Source: an uncultured Clostridium sp. (GTDB lineage Bacteria > Bacillota > Clostridia > TANB77 > CAG-508). From it: a DNA stretch of 64,000 nucleotides. The stretch spans positions 7,082-71,081 of the forward strand of contig CANSMW010000007.1 of NCBI GenBank assembly GCA_947648215.1, in the 5' to 3' direction. This document shows positions 57,075-64,000 of this stretch, piece after piece; positions within the stretch are counted from its first letter, which is position 1, and each line of letters opens with the position of its first letter. Position numbers and translations under genes: made by a program. The notes below the pieces were generated by a model. The model saw only the letters and a list, made by a program, of their open reading frames with translations, did no database searches and was not told the origin of the DNA.

Positions 57075-60000
57075 TTACGAAAATAGCATCATAATATCTT
57101 CTTTGGATAATTTATTGATAAACGATGTGTTGGTGTCTAGTACATTATCAATTAATTTTGCCTTTTTTTCTTGTAGTTCGTATATTTTTTCTTCAATGGA
57201 ATTTTTGGTAATTAGTTTATATACTTGCACATTGTTTTTTTGCCCAATACGGTAGGCACGGTCTGTGGCTTGGTTTTCTGCTGATAAATTCCACCATGGG
57301 TCATAGTGAATTACCATGTCTGCACCTGTTAGGTTTAGTCCAGTTCCTCCTGCTTTTAGGGAAATTAAGAATACTTTTATTTCTGGGTTTTGGTTAAATT
57401 CTTCTACTAGACCAATACGTTCACTTACTTTGGTTTGTCCTGTTAGTTTAAAATAGGATATTTTCTCTTTTTTTAGTTCTTTTTCAATAATTTCAAACAT
57501 CGTAGTATACGTAGAAAATAGCAAAATTTTATGTCCGGCTTTCGGTAGCATCTTTTACTAATTCGATACATTGTTGCAGTTTACTTGCTTCTCCTTTATA
57601 GTCGGCAAGAAATAAACTTGGATGGCAACAAATTTGCCTTAGTCTTGTTAAGAGTGCTAAGATTTGAATACTGCTTTTTTCAAACCCTTGTGCTGCAATC
57701 TGTTCTTGCAACTCTTCTTTGGCCCTTGCCAAATACGATACATATATTTTTTGTTGTTCTTCTCCCATTTCGTTATTAAGAACGGTAATCGTCTTATCTG
57801 GTAGTTCTGTTAATACCTCTTTTTTGGTTCTTCTTAAAATAAATGGCTCAATTAGCATTCTTAAGTTTGCCATTACTTCTTCATTTTCATCTCGTACAAT
57901 TGGCATTTCATAATTTTCTTTAAATTTTTTGTAGGAAAATAAATATCCTTGCATGAGAAAATCGAAAATAGACCATAATTCGGATAGTGAATTTTCAATT
58001 GGTGTACCAGTTAGGGCAAATCTCGTTCTTGCGTTTAGTGCTTTTATGGCTTTTGCATTTTGTGTATTACTATTTTTCATGTATTGTGCTTCATCGGCAA
58101 TAATATAGCGAAACTCATACTTACGTTCCTTGTAACTGTCAATATCTCGCTTTAGTAGGTCATAGGAGGTAATTACTACATCTACTTTTGGAATTTGTCC
58201 AATTTGTTCTTGCCTTGTTTTTGCATTTCCACTAATGACCAAAGCCTCGATATTGCTTGCAAATTTCTGGATTTCTGCTTTCCAGTTTAAACTAAGCGAG
58301 CTTGGGCATACTACCATAATTGGCTGTTTTTTTTGTTTCTCGCTTTCTTTGTATGCCAAAATAAGAGATAATACTTGAAGGGTTTTTCCAAGCCCCATAT
58401 CGTCTGCTAAAATTCCGCCAAACCCATATTCATCTAATGTTTTTAACCATTTAAATCCAATTTTTTGGTATTGCCTTAAGGTTTGGTTTAAACTTTTAGG
58501 GATTTGTAACTCCTCTACATCGGACTTATCTTCAATGTCTTCTATCATTTTTTTATAAGTCTCGTCTTTTTTAATGGTCGTATTTTCGATTTTTTCTAAA
58601 ATACGATTTAAGTATAGAGTTCGGTACATTGGAAGCCTGATACTTCCTTCTTCTAGCTCTTTAAACCCAATGTCTCCTCCTGAAATTAGGTTATCCAAAA
58701 ATTCCATATCTTCGTTTTGTTCTAAGGATAAAAAATCGCCATTTTTTAAACGATAATATTTTTGCTTTTCATGATATTTATTTAAAATGTCTTTCAATTC
58801 TTTTTTATCGAAATTCAAATTTTCTAAATCGATGTTTAATAAATTGTTTTCAATTTTAACCCCTAAGGCTACCATTTTCGGCTTTTTAATTTGTTTTTGC
58901 TTAAAATCTTCGGTGGCTAGTACCTCAAATTTTTGCATATACAAATTAATATCTTCGGATAAAAATTCGTAAATTTTTTCGTCATCGGCTAATACAAAAT
59001 TAGCATTTTTCTTATCTAGCATAAAACCGGTTTTACGAAATAGGTTTAGGCTTTCTGCTTCTTCTAGTACACTTCTTGGTAAGTTTGGGTTTTCTAATAA
59101 AGGGTTAAATTCCTCTTCTCCATAACAAAAACTTAAAATTGCAATAATGTAATTTTTCTCATTAAATTCTAGAAAAACTTTCACTCCTAGTTTTTGTGGC
59201 ATATATTTTTCAAGCTCTTCTGGCTCTATTTCATCTAGTAGAATGCTCTTTTTTGCTTTAGGAAGTACCACTGAGAAAAATTTTGACATTTCGTCTTTGG
59301 AAAATTTAATCTCGGTAGTATAATTTCTTCGAAATACCTCTAGTAATTTCAATGTACTTTCTTTATATTCGTTTGTACAACGATATAGCTTTTCATCCTT
59401 TAAAAAATAGGTATATTTTCTTCCTTGTATGATTTCATAATCGTGATGGGAAGCAAATTCTAGTGTAAGGCTATATTCTTTTTGATTTATTTTTTGTAGA
59501 TGAAATTTAATATTAGGCTCTTCATCAAGCATTTTTACATGATGAACCATGTAAGAATACTCCATTTGAAGGGTTTGCCCCTTCACTAATTCAAAAAATT
59601 CATCTAATGTGGATTGGTTTAGGGTAATACCACTTGTGTTTGTCATTCTTCCTAAATATCGATACGAACGTATCATGTTTCTTACATTGTTTTTCATGTC
59701 CTCCCCATGTTTTAGGACAAATTCTAGCATTGGTCTGGAGTCCTCTTCAAAAGAGGTTTCCTTGTGTTCGAATTCTAGCTTATTTCCATAACGATACACT
59801 TCTTTTGTTTGCATGTTATCATAGAATTCTTCTAAGTCTTTTAGTTTATATAGCTGTTTTTTAGTTCCAATTTTAAATTCCACTCGTAGTTCTTTGTTGT
59901 AATCCGTATAAAATAGTTTTGGTACGATTTTTATATTGGTGTCGAGTGGTTTTGTGCTTTTTTCTTCTGGCTGTTCTAGTAATTTCATTTCTTCTTCATA

Positions 60001-60370
60001 AAAAGTATTAATTAAATCCTTAAAATCGGTATATTTTTCTTTTTTGGTGTATTCTAATTCATGGTATTTCGGGTTTCCGTCTACTTCTAATAAAGTAGCA
60101 ACAATATGTTTACATGCTGCATAATGGCTATAATAATCTTCACACTCGCATTTGGATTGTTGCAATTCTCCGTTTTTAACCACAATTTTTACTTGGTAAT
60201 CATCATAATTTCCATTTACATTAGAAGAAATCGAAAAATTGTTACTATCTTCATAATAGATTTTCCCGAATGTCCACTCTTTTTTGTCTTACGTAGTCTC
60301 TCGCTCTTCCTAATCTAGCAGTCCCTGCTTCTCGATATATTTCATTTGCTACCTTTTGATTAATATACAT
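57075..60370 (-). pseudogene. SNF2/RapA-family helicase with an N-terminal SWIM zinc finger, interrupted by two frameshifts.
   Basis: True start MYINQKVANEIYREAGTARLGRARDYVRQKRVDI at 60370 with a GGAG ribosome-binding site. There is a shift near 60260. SWIM motif CECEDYYSHYAACKH. SNF2 N-terminal domain (…LADDMGLGKTLQ…DEAQYMKN…). The C-terminal helicase domain is in a separate 158-aa ORF (57075..57551). Confidence 0.75.
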
Positions 60371-60485
60371 GATAACTCCTTTTTCAAAAACATGATTGTT
60401 AATTATATCATAATTCCTTTGGGTTTGGAAGTTATATTTTGAAAAAATTTCTCACTATTTAACTTTTGAATAGTGAGAAATTCCT

Positions 60486-62573
60486 TTATTTTTTCTTTGT
60501 TTTCGTGCTTGCTTTTTTCTTAGTTGTTTTCTTTGTGGTCTTTTTCTTTTCCTGCTTTTTTTCTACTTCTGGTTTTTCTTCTGGTTCTTCCCAGATTTCT
60601 CCTGGTTTTGGTTTGTTCCATGAAATATAGTTACAGGATTTTGGGTTATTTTCACAAATATAGTAGTTTCTTTTTTTCTTGGTTTTTCGTATTTGTACTT
60701 TTGCTCCACATTTTGGGCATGGTACATCAATGGTTTCTACCAATGGTTTTGCATTTTTACATTCTGGATAGCCTGGACAAGCTAAAAATTTACCGTATTT
60801 TCCGTATTTGATTACCATCATTTTACCACATTTTTCACATGGTACATCCGAAACTTCTTCTACTAGTTCTACATGTTCTAATTCTTTTTCTACTTTTTCG
60901 ATTGTTTTTTCAAATGGAGTATAAAACTCACGGATGGTATGTTTCCACTTTTCTTTTCCTTCTGCAATTTGGTCGAATTCACTTTCCATTTTTGCGGTAA
61001 ATTCCACATTGATGACATCACTAAAATTTTCGATTAATAATTTATTAACAATTCTTCCAAGCTCGGTTGGTGCTAATTGTTTTTGTATTTTCTCGATGTA
61101 TCTTCTTTCTAAAATGGTCGTAATGGTTGGGGAATACGTACTTGGTCTTCCAATTCCTTTTTCTTCTAATGCTTTTACCAAGCTTGCTTCCGTAAATCGT
61201 GGTGGTGGTTCGGTAAAACTCTGTTTTGGTTCTATTTTTTGTTCTTTCACCTCCGTGTTTTCTACTAATTCTGGTAAATTCGTATCCCCCTCTTCTTTGT
61301 TCTCGTCATTTCCTTCTACATATAATACCATAAATCCTTTAAATTTTAAGTTTTGCCCTGTTGCTTTAAAGGTATAATGGTTTGCATCGATAGTAGCTTG
61401 AATGGTATCATAAATTGCCGTTGCCATTTGGCTTGCAATAAAGCGATTATAAATTAAACGATATAGTTTATATTGGTCGTTGGTTAAAGACTCTTTTATT
61501 TCATCTGGTGTGATATCAATATAGGTTGGTCGTATTGCCTCATGAGCGTCTTGAGCATCTTTTCCTGTTTTATAGTAACGGTTATTATAATACTCTTCCC
61601 CATACATTTTTAAAATTTGCTCTTTGGCAGCCGTTCTTGCTACTTCTGAAATTCTAGTAGAGTCTGTTCTCATATAAGTAATTAAACCTACGGTTCCTTT
61701 TTCTGGTATTTTTACTCCTTCGTATAACCCTTGTGCTACACTCATGGTCTTTTTTAGGGTAAATCCTAGTTTCCTAGATGCTTCTTGTTGCATGGTACTT
61801 GTGGTAAAAGGTGGTGCAGGGTTACGTTTTCTTTCGCCTTTTTTTACTTCTTGTACTACATATTTTGCATTTTTAATCTGTTTTAAGATTTCGTCTACTT
61901 CTTCTTTTTTATGAAGTTCTTGTTTTTTATTGTCTTTTCCATAGAATTTTGCTTCAAAGCTTTTCTTTGATTTTTCTTCTAGTAAGGTAGCATAGATATT
62001 CCAATATTCTTCTGGAATGAATTTTTCAATTTCTTCCTCACGGTCTACAATTAATTTTACCGCAACCGATTGCACCCTACCTGCCGATAAGCCACGACGA
62101 ACCTTTTTCCATAACACGGGGCTAATTTTATATCCTACAATTCGGTCTAACACTCTTCTTGCTTGTTGTGCATCGGTTAAGTTCATATCAATTTTTCTTG
62201 GTGTTTTAATGGCTTCTTGTACAGCTCCTTTGGTAATTTCATTAAAGGTAACACGTACATCCGCAGTTTCATCAATTCCTAAAATATGAGCTAAATGCCA
62301 TGCAATTGCTTCTCCTTCACGGTCCGGGTCAGTTGCAAGATACACTTTTTTACTAGAAGCTGCTTCTTTTTTTAATGACTTAATTAAATCTCCTTTTCCA
62401 CGAATGTTAATATATTCTGGCTCAAAATCGTGTTCAATATCAATTCCCATTTTGGATTTTGGTAAATCACGAATATGTCCCATAGAAGCAACCACCTTCG
62501 TGCTTCCTCCTAAAAATTTCTTAATGGTATTTGCCTTTGCAGGCGATTCCACAATGATTAATTTGTCTGCCAT
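60486..62573 (-). CDS. topA: DNA topoisomerase I with C-terminal zinc-ribbon motifs and a Lys-rich tail.
   Basis: TOPRIM N-terminus (LIIVESPAKANTIKKFLG). Active-site region …ITYMRTDSTRIS…. C4 zinc ribbons (CEKCGKMM…CPGYPEC, CPKCGAK…C). Confidence 0.9.
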   Translation of the reverse strand: MADKLIIVESPAKANTIKKFLGGSTKVVASMGHIRDLPKSKMGIDIEHDFEPEYINIRGKGDLIKSLKKEAASSKKVYLATDPDREGEAIAWHLAHILGIDETADVRVTFNEITKGAVQEAIKTPRKIDMNLTDAQQARRVLDRIVGYKISPVLWKKVRRGLSAGRVQSVAVKLIVDREEEIEKFIPEEYWNIYATLLEEKSKKSFEAKFYGKDNKKQELHKKEEVDEILKQIKNAKYVVQEVKKGERKRNPAPPFTTSTMQQEASRKLGFTLKKTMSVAQGLYEGVKIPEKGTVGLITYMRTDSTRISEVARTAAKEQILKMYGEEYYNNRYYKTGKDAQDAHEAIRPTYIDITPDEIKESLTNDQYKLYRLIYNRFIASQMATAIYDTIQATIDANHYTFKATGQNLKFKGFMVLYVEGNDENKEEGDTNLPELVENTEVKEQKIEPKQSFTEPPPRFTEASLVKALEEKGIGRPSTYSPTITTILERRYIEKIQKQLAPTELGRIVNKLLIENFSDVINVEFTAKMESEFDQIAEGKEKWKHTIREFYTPFEKTIEKVEKELEHVELVEEVSDVPCEKCGKMMVIKYGKYGKFLACPGYPECKNAKPLVETIDVPCPKCGAKVQIRKTKKKRNYYICENNPKSCNYISWNKPKPGEIWEEPEEKPEVEKKQEKKKTTKKTTKKKASTKTKKK

Positions 62574-62664
62574 TGTTTCCTCCTTTTTTCTTCCCTATTG
62601 TTATTTTACTATCATAGTCCATATTATTGCATTTTGCAAGTGATTTTATGAAAAAAGTTATGTT

Positions 62665-62982
62665 TTAATAACATAACTCTTCTTTTTCTTGGAATTGTTC
62701 TTCTACCATTTCTTCTAATACATCTGGCATGACCGTTCCTTCTTTAAATTTTTCTAACATGTCATCAATTTTCGTTTCTTCCATTGTAACATGTTCTACC
62801 TTATTTGTTTCTACTTCTGGCTCTTCTGTTTTGTATTCTGTTTTTACTACTTCTATGCCATAAAAGGTACCGATGTTTTCTTCGGTTTCGATTTTGTAGT
62901 ATTCTAATCTCACTGGATGATAAATGTGGTTCCTTGCTAATATTTCTTTTCCAATATAGGTTCCCCCATAAAAAGTTTTCAT
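62665..62982 (-). CDS. Hypothetical 105-aa acidic protein.
   Basis: ORF-level support only. Confidence 0.35.
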   Translation of the reverse strand: MKTFYGGTYIGKEILARNHIYHPVRLEYYKIETEENIGTFYGIEVVKTEYKTEEPEVETNKVEHVTMEETKIDDMLEKFKEGTVMPDVLEEMVEEQFQEKEELCY

Positions 62983-63164
62983 TTGTAATCTCCTCCCAAG
63001 GACAAACTATATCGCATTTTTATCTATTAGGCAAGCTTTTTTCATCGCAAGATTTTACATTTATTTACATTTTATTTCAAAAAAAGACACATTTTTATCA
63101 AATGTGTGCTATTTTTTTGGTTTGTTATGAAAAAAACATATTTGTGCAATCTGTTTGAAATAAT

Positions 63165-64000
63165 TTATGTTTTTTGTAATAATTTCCCAATTTCTTTGTA
63201 GATTTTATCTTCGACATTTTCTACAGCAATTTTTCCTGCGTTTTGCCCCATATTTACTAATTTTTGTGGGTCTTTTATCATGTTATTTATTTCTTTACTT
63301 AGTACTTCTGGTGTTAGGTCTTTGTTTAAAATAATTCTGGCTGCTTCTACATTTTGTAATACTTTTGCATTGTATTCTTGGTGGTTGTTACTTACATTTG
63401 GTAATGGTACAAATATAGCAGGTTTTCTTGTAATTGCCATTTCGGTTATGGTCATAGCACCACTTCTGGCAAGTACTAAATCCACACTGTTTAATACTTC
63501 TTCCATATTATAAATATATGGAACCAATTTTAGGTCTTTTTGTTTGGATAAGTTTTTGATCCTTTGTTTTACTAGGTTAAATTGCAAAGGTCCCGGTGCC
63601 CACATAATTTGATAGTCTTTGTTTAAGTTTTGGTTAATTAATCCTGTTACAGCATCATTAATGGCTTTTGCCCCTTGACTTCCTCCAAAAATTAGTAATA
63701 CTGGTTTATCGGGTTTTAGTCCTAATCTTGTTAAAACTTCTTGTTTTTGTGCCTTGTTTAAATGTAAGTTTTTTATTTTGGTTGGTGTTCCAGTTAATAC
63801 AATATGATTTGCCTGTGTTAGTTCTTTTCTTGCTTCTTCAAAACTGATTAATATGGTATCTACTTTTTTGGCTAGCATTTTTACCGCTTTTCCGGGAAAT
63901 GCATTGCTTTCATGTAACATGGTTGGAATACGGTATTTTTTGGCGGCTAAGATAGCCGCTCCACAAATATACCCACCTGTCCCAATAACAATATCTGGTT
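63165..64000 (-). CDS. murG: UDP-N-acetylglucosamine--N-acetylmuramyl-(pentapeptide) pyrophosphoryl-undecaprenol GlcNAc transferase MurG, C-terminal part. The gene continues beyond the window end.
   Basis: …PVLLIFGGSQGAKAIN… and …LARSGAMTITE… match the C-terminal domain of MurG. The open frame continues upstream to position 64000 (…PDIVIGTGGYICGAAILAAKKYRIP…). Confidence 0.8.
   Translation of the reverse strand, partial: PDIVIGTGGYICGAAILAAKKYRIPTMLHESNAFPGKAVKMLAKKVDTILISFEEARKELTQANHIVLTGTPTKIKNLHLNKAQKQEVLTRLGLKPDKPVLLIFGGSQGAKAINDAVTGLINQNLNKDYQIMWAPGPLQFNLVKQRIKNLSKQKDLKLVPYIYNMEEVLNSVDLVLARSGAMTITEMAITRKPAIFVPLPNVSNNHQEYNAKVLQNVEAARIILNKDLTPEVLSKEINNMIKDPQKLVNMGQNAGKIAVENVEDKIYKEIGKLLQKT

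Overview
This is a 64 kb chromosomal window from a low-GC (about 30 % GC) Firmicute, most likely a Clostridia-class organism. The evidence for that is whiA, a SCIFF peptide gene, ClpE with an N-terminal zinc finger, and the addB/rexB arrangement. Genes are mostly on the minus strand.

Core content:
- The str operon rpsL-rpsG-fusA-tuf and the dnaG-rpoD (MMS) operon.
- topA and a SWIM-SNF2 helicase.
- queA and tgt with an unknown gene inserted between them.
- trmFO, prmC, hemW, whiA, dut, carD, clpE, pgsA, comEC, addB and a partial murG.
- Cell-wall enzymes: LD-carboxypeptidase, a GH3 hexosaminidase, a glucosaminidase, NlpC/P60 and a SleB-like hydrolase.
- A GH57/DUF4912 glycogen-related pair.
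- One intact IS110-family transposase.

Gene disruption: at least 12 genes are broken by single-base frameshifts or in-frame stops (whiA, nitroreductase, UDG, pgeF, addB, a DUF2207 protein, dnaG, queA, comEC, trmFO, SNF2 and the tgt-queA insert gene). Many breaks sit at homopolymers, so indel sequencing error is the leading explanation. Genuine gene decay cannot be excluded from this window alone.

Observations worth a second look:
1. A 47-aa SCIFF-type six-cysteine RiPP precursor lies between the SNF2 helicase and trmFO. It falls below the ORF-track cutoff and no radical-SAM maturase is adjacent.
2. Two tandem paralogous K/E-rich coiled-coil proteins of unknown function (748 and 593 aa) sit directly upstream of the str operon. 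The 748-aa protein contains an internal 18-nt tandem repeat that encodes a six-residue AKQDAQ-type unit.
3. Two families of short REP/MITE-like palindromic elements are present. One inverted pair flanks whiA.
4. A GC-rich (about 45 %) islet sits where addA would be expected. It has a consensus promoter, a leader hairpin and a Cys-rich 136-aa ORF, and it is preceded by a 26-aa hydrophobic peptide gene with its own ribosome-binding site and terminator.
5. A nitroreductase gene has an in-frame amber codon, and its start overlaps the upstream gene.

I found no rRNA, tRNA or CRISPR array.
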